Shown piece after piece: positions 35,061 through 48,427 of a stretch of 63,571 nucleotides of DNA (positions are counted from its first letter, which is position 1; each line of letters starts with the position of its first letter). Position numbers and translations under genes: made by a program. The stretch is from contig CM097882.1 of assembly GCA_044892505.1 (NCBI GenBank), positions 13,516,430 to 13,580,000 on the forward strand, given 5' to 3'. The notes beneath the pieces were generated by a model, which had not been told where the DNA came from, searched no databases, and saw only the letters and a program-made list of their open reading frames with translations. This DNA is from Schmidtea nova (lineage: Eukaryota).

Positions 35061-35215
35061 ATTTATTATTTATTTTATTTCATTATTTTGTAAGGAGTTT
35101 CAAAACGTTTTTTAATCTAAAAATAATTTTGAAAAAAAAACATTTGTCGGATGACTTATTTGTTTTAAACATAAAAAAGCTTGTGATTTTTTGTGATACC
35201 CAGTGCAAATCCCCA

Positions 35216-35257
35216 ATAGCAGACTAGTTTCGAGCTTTTGGCTCTCATCAGTGCTAT
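35216..35257 (-). ncRNA. Minimal type I hammerhead ribozyme (mirror copy)
   Basis: Exact reverse complement of 35343-35384. Confidence 0.92.
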
Positions 35258-35342
35258 GCAGGAGACGCGAAAATTTCTCTCCATGCCAGGTAAGTATAAA
35301 ACTTACTTACCTGGCGCTGAGAAAAATTTTCGCGTCTCCTGC

Positions 35343-35384
35343 ATAGCACTGATGAGAGCCAAAAGCTCGAAACTAGTCTGCTAT
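35343..35384 (+). ncRNA. Minimal type I hammerhead ribozyme
   Basis: Stem I ATAGCA/TGCTAT, CTGATGA, stem II GAGC-CAAAA-GCTC, GAAA, palindromic ACTAGT stem III, predicted cleavage GUC at 35378. Confidence 0.92.
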
Positions 35385-37399
35385 TGGGGATTTGCACTGG
35401 GTATCACAAAAAATCACAAGCTTTTTTTTGTTTAAAAATAATTTAATTAATTAATTTATAGATTTAAATTTTATATATTATATATTAATATAATTTTAAA
35501 AATATATGGCCAACATCCTCATTAATATTAGAAATACAAATGCCTCAGTGTTTATATATTCAGAGAAAAACTTGAGAAATTTGAAATTGTTGTATTAACG
35601 GGTCTCATTGGAAGATAATGTCAAATGAAAAATACAACTCTGTGCTTTGTATGCGGAGTAGAATGGCATGTACGTAGAGAATTTCTAACAATTTTATGTC
35701 AAAAAAGTCAATTGCGTGAACACAAAGAAAATAAATGCTACACCAACTTGGAAAGAAGAAGAGTTGGAACGAAAAAGAATGGGGGAAACCATAATCACTA
35801 TCCAAATTGATCAATAAGATATCAACAGAAAAATCAACACCAGCGACGAACAGTAGCAACTATTGAAATTAATGCCAATGGATTATTTGGATGATGCAGA
35901 GGACAAATACAATGATGCACAACACCCAAAAACGACGCTCTTCGCTACGGGAGGCAATGATCGGAACAATTTATTAGGTAATTTTGATATTAATGTAGAT
36001 ATTTGTCATAGTTTTACTTATGATGTAAATAATATATATGTGTGTGTTGAGGTTCCCAGAATATCAACTTGGTATCTTATATAAGTAAATAAGATAACAC
36101 TGGTTCATGCTAAATTTTTATTAAATAACAAAATGATAATTACCAAGATAAATTAAAATCAAACAACTTCTTTCAAATCAAAATTTGTTTGTGTGTAAAT
36201 GTGTTATGATTGTAATAGGTGATGCGTGAATGCTGCTCTGAGATCGATTTTTGTATGCTCTATTTTAATTATTAGTCGATAACGACTATAAGATTTTTAA
36301 TCGCAATAATTTTTGGGGTGATTTGACTGAAAAATTAGTCAGTTTATCTTAATCTGTGAATAATGATTGTTATTTGGCTTCTTGAGTTGATTGAAATTGT
36401 TTTCAAAATAGAGTTGTTTTAAAAACAGAATTGTTTTCAAAATTATTTTTTAACCTTGGAATATTAATTCATTTTGCTAACCTTTGTAGGTAATAAATAA
36501 AACTTTTTAAACAAACAGTAATTTATTTACTTTTAATTTATTTAAACAATCTGTATTATTTATTTTATTATTATTATTATTATAATTTATTGAATTAAAA
36601 TATTAAAATATAAATGAAAATATAATCCATTTTCCAAATAGTTTTTAAAATTAATTTACATAAAATATTCTTTCAAAATTATATAAAATTTTGTCCATCA
36701 CCATAAAAAATGTCAATATATGTTCGCAAGACCACAAATGATAAATTGTCAAATTATAAATTGTCATGATGATAGAATACAAAAATTAATTGTCAACAAT
36801 ATTTTAATAACAGTAATAAAATAAAATTATCCCATAAAGTAAAAATTGTCACATGGTCAGAGCTTAATCATATAATTGTTAAGAATATACAATAGATAAT
36901 TTCAACATCAAACAAAAGTCAAATAAGATCAATAGTAAAATATCATCATATAGAATCACTAAAATCATAATGTCATTGAAGTTGATATTTTCTATTGATA
37001 ATTGAATTGTCATTGCCATCCGATACACATGTATATTTAATCTGTACCTTCCATTACCCACTGTATAATATTTTTTTAGAACCCCTATTCTACGTCCATC
37101 TTCTAATATATAAAATAATATAAACCCTTATCTAATAAAATATGTAATTTAAAAAGTCGTAATGCGCATAGTTCTAATGTTAGTAATGTCTTTAATGCTG
37201 ACCACACTTTATTAAATAATATTAAAAATATTAAAAATAAAAAAGATAATAAAATAAAAGAAACAGAATATAATAATGAAATTTTTTTAAAAACAATAGA
37301 GAAAACAGAGAGAAATGATAAAATATGGATGAATGAAATATTAGTGAATTCAATTTTTTTAATTAGAAGCAAAATATATTCACTGACGAAGAATGGAAA

Positions 37400-39190
37400 T
37401 AGTCACGATTGACACATGATAAAATGCAAGGCAGATCGAGTACAATTCAGGGTCATAAAATGGTATGTTTGTTTGCTAGAGTTAATTTTATGACAAAAGC
37501 AATTGTGGATAAATTAGAAAATGTTGAAATAATAAGGACAAATGATAAATTAATGATTGCAAACTTAAAACAGTAGGAAAGATAAAAATTGATCTTAGAA
37601 TTGGTAATATAGAAATGAAAGTAATATTTAATGTAGTTACAAACGTTGTCCCAGATATAGTTGGAGGAGTGGAATTACAGAAACAGTTTGGAATATAATA
37701 AAGATATATAGAGGAAAAGGATGAAAGTTAGAATGATTTTATAGTGAAATAGAAGAGAAATTTGGAAGAAATATTAGAAATATTGAAAAACTACAGAAAA
37801 CAATAGAAACTTTAAAATTATATTATTATAATAAACTGTTAGAAATTGTAAATAAAAATAAAATTTTATTTATGACAGATAAGTGAAATAACGAATGTAC
37901 GGATTTAATTTAACATAAAATTATTACAATAAGTGAACCAATAATGTTAAAGCCGACAATACAGTCTATAGATTTAGAGGAGGAAATAAATAATGTAATA
38001 AAAATTTTAGAAAATAATGATATCAAAAGGAAATGTAACTCACATTGAAATACACCTTTAGTGTGCTTGCGGAAAAAGGAGAAAAAAGATATTAGACTTT
38101 GTTTAGACTTTAGACAACTTAATAAAATTACCGAAAGATAAGCTTTATAGTGTGAAAGTTGAAGAAATCTTAGGTACATTACATGAATCTAAATACTTAT
38201 GTTCTATAAATCTCGGGCAGGCTTATTATCAAGTAAGATTGGATATTGAATCTCAAGAAAAAACAGCTTTCTTTACCAAAGAAGGCCAATTTTGTTTGAT
38301 TTGAATGCTATTTGGCATTGCAGCTGCACCAGGTACATTTCAGGAATTAATTACAAAAGTATTAAATGATTTAAAGAAAGAAAGGATAATGGTGTATTTT
38401 GATTATATTTTGATTTTTACAAAAGCTGTAGAGGAACACTACAAGACTTTTGGAAAGGTGTTAGAGAAAATATTGGAGTCAAAATTAAAAATTAAACCTA
38501 AAATATCAGTTATTAAAAATGAAATTAATTTTTTACCACACTTTATAAACAGTCAAGGAATAAGTAAATATAAAAGTAAAATTGAAGCTTGCTAGTCATT
38601 TCAAAAACTTGAATTTATAAAAATAATGAAGAAATTTTTGTGTATATATAATGACTATCGCAGATTTATTAAGGATTATGCAAAGAAATCAAGAACGTTT
38701 GAAAGCATATATGGAAACAGCAATGAGAAAATGACTTGAACTGAGCAATGTGAAAAAACCGTTGAAGAAATAAAAATAGCATTAACAACAGCACCGCTTC
38801 TCGTATTCCATATTATATTCCAAATTTATATTAGATACAGACGCAACCTTTGACGCAATTGGGCCATTTTATTGCAAACTTATGAATGGAGATGCGAGCA
38901 TGTTGTAGCATATGAGCTCACACGAAAGAGGATATTGCATTACACGAAAAAAACGTTTGGCTATTTACTATTTTTGTCGTCATTTCAATCATTATTTATA
39001 TGGTAAAAGATTTGTCTTACACACTGACGAAAAAGCAATTACTTTTATGTTAAAGAAAAAAAGGCAATAAAAGTACAATTCTAAACACGGATAAATTATT
39101 TAAGTATTTTGAACATAAAAATGGAATTTAGAAAAGATACTGCGCATACTAATGCAGATCGGCTTTCTAAATATCTATGGAAAATGTGTA
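37400..39190 (+). pseudogene. Degraded Gypsy pol (protease/RT/RNase H remnants)
   Basis: IRLCLDFRQLNKIT, KTAFFTKEGQF, FGIAAAPGTFQ, VYFDYILIF, FILDTDA; many stops. Confidence 0.8.
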
Positions 39191-39809
39191 TAATGTGTTG
39201 AGTTCTCGATATTCAGTATCTTAACTTGCACTAGTTCGTATCTAAATTATCAAATAATAAAAGTCTGTTTGAAAAATTTTTTTAATAACAAAAATTTACC
39301 AATAACAATTAATTTTCAAATAGATCAAATATGTCATCACAAACTCTTCAATCAAAATAAAAATGTTATAATGTTTGTGTGTTTGTTATGTTATCTTTGT
39401 TATGTAGGCCTGTAAATGATTTATTTGTAGGACGTTTTGTCTGTCCGATTTTAAAGCTTCATAGGAATATTCTTTTAAACAGTAATTTGTTTAACGGGAG
39501 ATTTTTTGCGGTGGTCTTGCTGAATTTTGTTTACTTTTTATTCTGAAATTTTTGATATATTTAGAATTAAATTTCCTGTAATTATTTAAATTTGTTTTAT
39601 CTATATTGGATATTCAGTAAAATATCTTCCTAATTGTTTTGTAATTAAATATTTTAGTTATCAATATTTGTAACATAATTATCGTAAATAAATATAAAAT
39701 AAACCCATACCGAATATATAAAATTAATCCATGCTAATTAAGATAAACAATAAAATAATATATACATTAAAAGGAATATCAAATGTAATGAATGTCGTAA
39801 TAAAACGTT

Positions 39810-42113
39810 CCCTGTTTTTTGGTTATAAGGTACGACCTTAGTAAACTTTAAAAGTTTTTCTTTGAGCCCAAAGGTACCTTAGTAAAGAATGGTACCTTAG
39901 TATCAAGTGGAACCTTAAAAAAAGGGTAAAAAAATTTATACTCAGAAAATATAAAAAGTATTAAAATTTTTATTCAAAAAATTCTACTTCCTCTTCACTA
40001 GCAAAGTTTTCTCCATCAAGAAATATATCAATAAGCTGATCACGAATATCATTATCGTCTTTTTCTTCTTCATCTTTATCATCCAACAATTCCTCAACAA
40101 TTGGCTCATTAATATCATCCAAGTCTTCTGTATAAAAATCAATGGTTGTCGATCTGAAACCATTTTTTATTGCAGAAACTGGTACTGCCTTCCATGCCTC
40201 AGATATCCAATGACAAATCTCTTCGTAAGAAGCTCGCTTCATATTTCCAGACTTTGTGTATTCCTGATATCCTTTTACCATCCAATTCTCCCAGTGACGT
40301 CGGAGATGAGTTTTAAATGATTTATTTACACTTATATCTAGAACTTGTAATTCTTTTCTTAAACCACCTGGAATCATACCAATCAGTGTCCTAGCTGTAG
40401 TGGTTTAAAAGGTCGATATTGAAGCTTTTCTCAAAATATTAAAGGAACATGGGCTGCTTCAAACTTTCACTTTATTCAGTGCTATTAGATTTTCAACAGT
40501 TCATTTTAATGATGAGTTAACTCCAAAAACAATCAAAGCACTAATAATTGAAGTTACAGAATGGTCTTGAAATCATGTTTATTGAAAATCGAACTTATCA
40601 TGATATTTGGTCAATTATCTAAGAAAATTCAAGTTAAAAAAAATTTATGTAAATTAACCAGAAATTCTTTTCTAAAGATTTTGTAAATCTTATGGACTAA
40701 ATTCTCTGTTTATGATTTAGAGATTTAACATTTTTGAATTATATAATTTTGTTTTATAAATTCCTTAAAAAAATTAAGGACTTGGTGTTTTAATATTACA
40801 TTATTATTATTTTTCTTGAAGATTTAAAAATTGTATTATTTTTTGAGTTGAAATACATTCTTGATTATTTCAGTTTTAAATATGCGGTGTTTATCCACCT
40901 AGATCGAATATTAGCTCTCAAGGCGGTCCGAAATACAATTTAATGGTAGGAATAACGTTAGGTCTACCAAACCACCTGGAATCATACCAATCAGTGTCCT
41001 AGCTGCAGTAAATTTAGATTTGACTTCATCAGTGAGATGACCAGGGGCAGAATTGATCATGATAAGTGATTTTCTATTGAAAAACGCCATTTTTCTTTTC
41101 ATCCAAACTTTTTCATGCCACAGCAGAGTTTCCGTTGAAGTCATTTGAGATTTTTTATTAGCTGATACGATTACATTTGATGGAAAGGAACCAGATGGAA
41201 TTGTTTTTCGTTGAAAAATCACATAAGCTGGTAATTTGCCGCCATCTGTAGTTACGCAAAGAGCGACAGTGAACCGATTTTTTCAGCTCCAGTTGTTGTG
41301 ATGCCAATGCCAGATGATCCTACCTGATCAATTGTAAACTTTGAAGGCATGTCAAAAGTAACAGGTACTTCATCCATATTGCTAATATGATGAAGCGAGT
41401 AATTATTTTTGTGCTGTGTAATGAAATTAACAAAACTTTTCATTTTAATTTCTCAATCATCTGGAAGCTTCTGGCCAACTGAACTAACAGCCCGAACTGT
41501 GAGCCTATTTCTTTTCATGAAACTGAAAATCCAATATAAAGATCCTTTGAAGTTGTTAATTTTCATTTGTATTGCCTGTGCTCGAGTTTCTCGCAAAATT
41601 GATGTTTCAGAAACTGGAAATCCATTTTTTCTCTGCTGAATAACCCATTTCTTCAAATGATCCTCCAATGCTGGTCATTGAATGGGTCGAATTCTTTTGA
41701 CTACTTTTGCATTTTTATTCCCAATCGATTGCAGAAGATATTTTTGTTTGTTTCCATCGCTTGATGAGGTTAATGTGACAGCCATAATGTTCAGCTGCTT
41801 TTGAAATGGATGAATTCAAAGCATAATTCACAGCAACTTCTTTAAATTGTATTGTATATGTTTTTCGTTTTTTGTCTGCCATTTATAAATTTGATTTGAA
41901 TTTGTTAAATTAATTATATAATTAAAAAAAATTATTGATTTATTATTAGTATCTTAATTTTTTTAAAAATATTTTATTAAATATTATAACGTAGAATTAG
42001 TACCTTAGTAAAAAGTGGTACATTTGTAAAGATAGTACAAAAATCGTGGGCTTCCAAAAACTTTAATAATGTCGTACCTTAGTAGGGAGTAGTACCTTAA
42101 CCAAAAAACAGGG
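39810..42113 (-). mobile_element. pogo/Tigger-like DNA transposon, disrupted transposase (ATG 41882 to stop 39970)
   Basis: TIRs CCCTGTTTTTTGGTTA at both ends, TA on right flank, subterminal ggtaccttagta repeats; MADKKRKTY HTH, CENP-B HTH, MDEVPVTFDMP, DISVNKSFK. Confidence 0.9.
40402..40968. other. ~570-bp insert in the pogo transposase flanked by a 37-bp direct duplication
   Basis: aaaccacctggaatcataccaatcagtgtcctagctg at 40361-40397 and 40969-41005. Confidence 0.85.
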
Positions 42114-42599
42114 TAGATTGTTAAAAAACAACATAAAATAAAAGAATATATACTATATTCAGTTAAAAGAATAACAACATTATTCTTAAATAAACCAGAT
42201 TATTTGATTGGTATACTAATATGAAGGGTTGTATTGATTGATTGCGGAAGGATTCAGTGGTATATAAATTATGTGAGAAGAATTGTTATGAAGGAATGCT
42301 TTTTTCTTGGTTGATTGGTGTTTAGGGTTGTCTGTTGAGGTTTAAATTTGCTTGTATTGATTAATTAGATTTGATTATTATTGATTTCATAGGTGAGTTC
42401 TGCATAAACATTGACCCTGTATTTATTGAGCCCTACACTGTAGTTTTCTGATAAGAGGAATGTCTCGATTGGTTTACCCACCTCATCTAGCAAAAGTGCA
42501 ATGGAGCATGAAAATCCAAAATCAGAAAAATTAAAAAACTAGGTTGTCAACTTTGATGACAGAAAATAATGGAGATGAATGCCAAAAGAATAATGCAGA

Positions 42600-43130
42600 G
42601 ATACAGAATATAAAAGATAGAATTAATGGAAATGAAAAGGATAAAATTTATTTTAAAAAATAATATATTCTATACGCATAAATACATAATATCGATACCA
42701 GAAATTAAAAGATGCGAAATGATAAAGAAAACACATTTGTTATTATGACATGTAAAGGTAGAAAGGGTAATGAAATACATTCAGAACAATTTTGATATAG
42801 TAGATTTGGCAAAGGAAATTAAGACGACTATCTCTACACGTGAATCTTGCCAGAAAAACAAATTTATGATTACAAAGTCTAAAGAAGAAACTAAAGGGAT
42901 TCAAGCTTTACCCTTTTGAATAAATATATATGGATATCTGTGGACCATTAAGAGAAACATTCAAACGAGATAAATATATTTGTGCTATAATTGATCATTA
43001 CAGTAAATATAGTTCACTAACTGTTATTAGTAAACGGGCAGTAAGAACAGTAGTAAATGTTTTGTTACATAAATGGATACTTTTATTTTGGATACCAAAA
43101 AAATTACATGTGAAAAAAGTTATTTATTAG
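42600..43130 (+). pseudogene. Gypsy integrase remnant, probably the continuation of 37400-39190
   Basis: Degenerate HHCC region, MDICGPL, YICAIIDHYSKY. Confidence 0.75.
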
Positions 43131-43483
43131 AAGACAAGAATGGGAAGGCTATTGCCAGAAATATTAAAAGGATCAAACATTTATAAGAAAGGGGATATAA
43201 GGAGTATCAAAACTTCTTTTATATAAAAAATAATTTAATTAATTAATTTAACAATTAACATTTTACATATTGTATATTAATATAATTTTAAAAATATATG
43301 GCCAATATTCTCATTAATATTAGAATTACAAATGCCTCAGTGTTTAAGTATTCACAGAAAAACTTGGGAAATTTGAAATTGTTGTGTTAGTTAAATAAAT
43401 GATTATGGAAGAAGATTTGAATTTACTTGCTTCTAACAAATTTAAAATTACAATTAATTTAATTTAGTTATATTTTATTCCAG

Positions 43484-43770
43484 GCTTCATTCTTAAATTT
43501 GTCAATAAAAGAAAAAATCTCTAAACATGATATGCATAATTAGATGAATTATTTGGTCTATTATTTTTCAATTATTTTAAAATATATAATTATATAATTT
43601 GTTTCTTTTTATTTTACTCACCCAAATGTAAATAATTTTTTACTTAATTTAACCATTTTTAAATATTTGTCAGTGTGCCATTTCATGAATAAATTATAAA
43701 TAACAGTTATTTGTGACCAATAATGTTTTTTCATGGCCAAGTATATCATTTTAATTTATGAAATAATTAA
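43484..43770 (+). pseudogene. Diverged copy of MFS last exon and 3' flank
   Basis: tattttattccag/gcttcattct...ctctaaacatga...gatgaattatttggtctattatt matches about 30662-30990. Confidence 0.8.
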
Positions 43771-45356
43771 TAATGAAAGGCATTTCTTTCATTAATTTTG
43801 ACAATAATTGAATTGTTTGAGTTTAACAAATATTTGTTGAATTATTTTAATATTACATGAAATTCTACTAAAATAATCTGTAATAATGCAATAATTAATG
43901 TGAAAATTATTATGATTTTTAAACGCAAATCAATATATTTCTTTCACAATATTCACAAAAATTATCAATGTGTGTTGTTTTTTATTACTGCGACTTTACT
44001 TGCTCTGGTAATCTTCGATTTCTGTGGATTCTGACGGCTCACCATATTTATTGATATTGATTTGTTTAGTCAATGCAGTATTCTTGATATACGGATTTGA
44101 AGCAAATTTGCAAATAACTTTATACCCAAGTTTTGCTTTATTCAAAAAGATTGTCGGATATCATTATACTTCTGTTTAACTTTCTTTATTTGATTTTGCA
44201 TTTAAAACATAGACTTTATTTTTGATTATTCAATCTTTTCAGTTATCACTTCAATATAGATATCATTGACTTCGTTCATTATTTTGATAACTTCGCATCT
44301 GACACCATTAAATTCATATACATTTAATTTTAATCTTTTTAAATTTTCCTCTCAAAATCCCACTTCAGAATAAAGCGATAAAACAATTATGGAAAATAAG
44401 AAAATTTAAAATAATTACTTAATTCAATAATAAATTCTTTATGGATTGACCAATTATTATTATTTTTATTATTATTATTTATAAATTACATTTGTTGTGT
44501 TTTTAATGATAAAAATATTTAAGTTTTATCAATAAAATTATATAATTGTCTGTCATTTTCACTGATTAGTGCACTTGGATCAAAATTGAAAATTTTCAGT
44601 GTAGGCCCGTAAAAGTAAAATAAAATTCGCGTAGGTTGAATATTTCCAAGAGGTTTTATTGATTTGTTTATTTTTTATAAATAATTTTAATGTTTTATTC
44701 AGTTCGCTCATAATCGTTGACCGTTTAGTTGCTTTTCAATGTCTTTCCGCTTGAGTGAATTGAAACGAATTTCTCCTCAAAGTTCAACAAGTTCTTTTCT
44801 TAATAAATAAATAAATAAATATATTGTTGTCAGTTTTGTAATGCATAAATTCAAATAATCTTACTCCATGAAATACATTATATGCTCCTGAGCACTTGAC
44901 GAGGCCGCCACTGGGTCATCTTATTTTCTTCTCAGTCGTAAGACTTTATTTTTCAAGGCATTTTGTGGACTATTTTTATATGTACCCATTAAATGCTGTG
45001 ATTTTATTCACAATTCAGACCTAAAAAACAAAAATAATTTCATTTTTAAAAAACATTTAATAATTAAAGTTTATATTAAAAGTTGCTATAGGTTTTATCG
45101 ACATTAACCATAAATGTGTTCAGTCTACCGTATCAAAGCATATATTAATCACTTTTGATGCGCTCAGCTTAGTTTTCCAAGTAGGCTTTCATATTTAGAA
45201 TACATTTTGTTTCAAAATCGAAAGATTCTCATAAATTCATATTTCTTTTAAATGACTCAATTGAACTCTCTGGTAAACAGTAAAACTTTTAACCAAAGCA
45301 CATTATTCAATATTCATAATTTATAGGTCTTTTCTGAATTCAAACCAGATCACGAG

Positions 45357-45842
45357 GTGGCGGGTGTTCAGGTTGTTCTCTATGACAGAGAGGGAGAACT
45401 TTCCCTATGCACCGATGTGATGAATTTCATAAGAAACGAGCGAATAATAAAAGTGTCCATTTGTAGATGTTTCTCCATGAAACTGAAATCAGGCATCTTG
45501 AACTGCTATAATTATTTTGTGTTGTTGGAAACGAACAAATTCTACTGGTCAGTCGATCAAGACGATCAAGGAATTTGCATACAGAGATCGGAAAAGAAAT
45601 TACACGTAAAGAAACGAATCCGTGGCGAGCGACGAACGGGATATGTTGAAGAGAGTTGCATGTATTACGGCTACGGTACGATACACTTTCTCATGGAATA
45701 TCTTCAAAATGAAGAGGTCCATAATCATTCGGGACCAGTTCAGAGATTTAAGAGACGCATCATAGATCGGTTCACTCAAGATCTTAGTAACAAATCTATA
45801 TTTGATTTAATTGACAATTTACCGCCGTTGCAAATTTATTAA
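45357..45842 (+). CDS. Intronless 161-aa ORF, possibly a degenerate permuted papain-like fold protein
   Basis: YFVLLETNKFYWSVDQDDQGICIQRS recalls an HxFV..ET..W.S.EK...GI..QRS motif; expected His/Cys not seen. Confidence 0.3.
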   Translation: MAGVQVVLYDREGELSLCTDVMNFIRNERIIKVSICRCFSMKLKSGILNCYNYFVLLETNKFYWSVDQDDQGICIQRSEKKLHVKKRIRGERRTGYVEESCMYYGYGTIHFLMEYLQNEEVHNHSGPVQRFKRRIIDRFTQDLSNKSIFDLIDNLPPLQIY

Positions 45843-47367
45843 GTCTTAAAAGCATACTAGAAAGGTATAAAAGAATACCTTGGTTAAGAATGCTTTGCAT
45901 TTCATGGAGCTTATCACTTGCAATTTTGTATAAATTGTAATTAATACATTTGCATTGGTTTATTACTATTGGATTTTAATTTAATTTATATTTTAAGGGG
46001 TAGTTTGTGTTTCCAACATTAACAATTAAAACAAAAATACGATTATTATAATTCTTAGATTTTTATATTTCATTTAAACAAATTTATAGTATAATGTTAA
46101 TAAAATATTATTTTTATATTCTGAGAAATTTGCCATTATTTTTTTATTAATTACATTTTACAATCATATATGCCTGCAGTCCTGTTCTTGTCTCACTGGT
46201 TTTACATGGTTTGATATAAAGGGCCTAAAAGATTTAATTTGAATAAAAATAGAACACATTTTGAATAAGGGTTAAAAGGACATGTTTTTGAGATTCCAAT
46301 TCTCATTGTTTTTTAAACAAACGAAGAGCATTGGATGTCTAGTAAATTAGGCAATAATTATCCGTGCGTGATCCTATGGAGGATTGAGTTTGAAAGTGCC
46401 AATGTCAGCTAAAACAACTGATGAGTAATTATTGCGAACTACATAACAACTTGACCCAGAAAGAAAAACATTGATTAATTTCGGAAGTTTTTTAGATGTG
46501 TTGTCACTGAGTGGATTCTGGATTTCATACTTGGCAGAATAATACTTTTGGAAATTTCTAAATAAAAATAAATGTTTATTTTTAACATATTTACGCTCCC
46601 ATGTATCACATGTGATTTAATAGATCAGTCATATGTAAATTTAAAAAATCAATGTCGTAAATAATTTTGAAATGATTAAATGTGAAAATGTCAACAGATT
46701 ATCAGAAAAATGGAAATATTTGTTAATATTAACAAAAACAGACATTTATTTTTTAAAAAAACCGTTAAAAATATTGCTAATGTAGTGGACCGATGGGTAT
46801 CCACTGAAATAAATACTTGCACAGAAACCTTGTTAATTTATTTTTAAAATTAAATGCCAGTTTCAAACTGAATTTGCAATAATATTTCTTGAACTTGTTA
46901 TTATTACGGCAAATCAAGATTTATACAAGTCTTACTGTTGCTATATTCAATGTTATATTCAATATATTTTTAACCCTTTCTTTGGTTTAATGACTAAATT
47001 ACTATTTTCAGACAATTTTATTAATTATTGCCATTGTTCGATTTCTTGAGCCCAGAGCCATATTTCACTTTGAATTATCTAAAATATTATTAATAATATA
47101 ATTATATAGAAATAATTTAACTATACTGACCATTGAAAATAGCTTTCATAATTTGAACCTCAATTATCTATTATTTGTTTAATATACATGAACACCACAA
47201 TGATATGTGATCACTTTATTTCATAATCAAATAACCCTTTTGAAAGCAAATTTCTTGCATGTAATAGTTTTTTGTTTCAAATTCTTGGAAAAGTCGATAT
47301 CATTGATAGACATATTTTATCAGCATCATATACCAGAAATTGTAGACTTGATATGATGTCATCACAC

Positions 47368-48253
47368 TGTTGGGGTTTGCCTCAACAGGCATTAAATATA
47401 AATGAAAAGAATAAATTTATATGCAAATCAATAAAAAAACATAAAATCTAAAACTGATAATTAAAGTACAAAAATTAATTTAAAATTTGGAAAATTAAAA
47501 AAAAGATTTATGGGGAAAAACTTGTATGGGAGGACGTCAAATGATGATACGAATTTAAATATGGTTATATAAAATTAAAAAGGCTCCCTAGAAAAAGATA
47601 TTCATTAAAAAAAATTAATTAAAAATTAATGAAAAAATTAGTAGTTATGTTGAAAACCCGAGCTTATGGAAAATCCGATCCATGTGGAAAACCCGTGTCA
47701 TCAACAAACTTATTTGATTATCCAAGAGAATTGAATGATTAAAGGATTCCCTGGGAAAAGCCGAAAATCCAATTTTCCTAAAATAAATAAAATCCTTACG
47801 GCACTAGTAAGATAATTTGATTATTTTGTTTAAAGAATCTCAAAAGCAATTATCGAAAATGAAATTAAAGCGATTGGCTGAAGTTACTATATAAACTCAG
47901 ATTGAGTTTCCAGTATTTCCAGTGTGGTCAAAGATAAAAATATTGATAATTATAATATTGGGGTGAAAGTAAGAAACAATAAAAATAAACTCTAAGAAAG
48001 AACAAAATGTTAGAATTCAAATTAACTATGTCTTCTTGCGTGCCAGAAAGGAAGATTTACAATTGGGATACCTACCCTAATGCTGAAGAGTGCAGGCCCA
48101 GATTTGTATAATTGAACTTGTGCTATTAAAGATTATTTTGTGCATTGAAAATAAATTTGAAAATAAAAATTATTGTATTGAGTTTTCTTCATTGTTATTA
48201 GAGAAAGACACATGAGTCCGATATCAACCGACTATTTTGTTATTAAACTAACA
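47368..48253 (+). repeat. Solo LTR (886 bp)
   Basis: TGTTG...TAACA, TSD ACAC/ATAC (1 mismatch), similar to 23806 and 63015 copies. Confidence 0.65.
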
Positions 48254-48427
48254 ATACTTTAAACTTTATTAATTAAAATATACTATGATAAATTAAATTA
48301 TGATAATTTATTAATTTTTATAGCTATTAAATTTGATGTTCTTGAAACATGCCAGTCGTTGTAGTGGATGACCGTGATCCTAACGGGAAGCCTCTGCGAA
48401 GTTTGAATTATTTATTTACAACACATG

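Larger units (their letters stand above)
35163..35437. repeat. ~275-bp palindrome of two divergent hammerhead-bearing arms
   Basis: Arms are reverse complements apart from a short divergent centre (about 35277-35322). Confidence 0.93.

Noticed and set aside
35277-35437. A functional U1 snRNA gene
   Set aside because: No stem-loop I GAUCACGAAG loop and no clear Sm site; kept only as U1-like ends in the findings.
35605-35970. CCHC-like fragment and purine tract suggesting another LTR element
   Set aside because: Too short and degenerate; no paired LTRs.
46380-47360. Minus-strand exon-like fragments
   Set aside because: Stops in all frames and no identifiable product.
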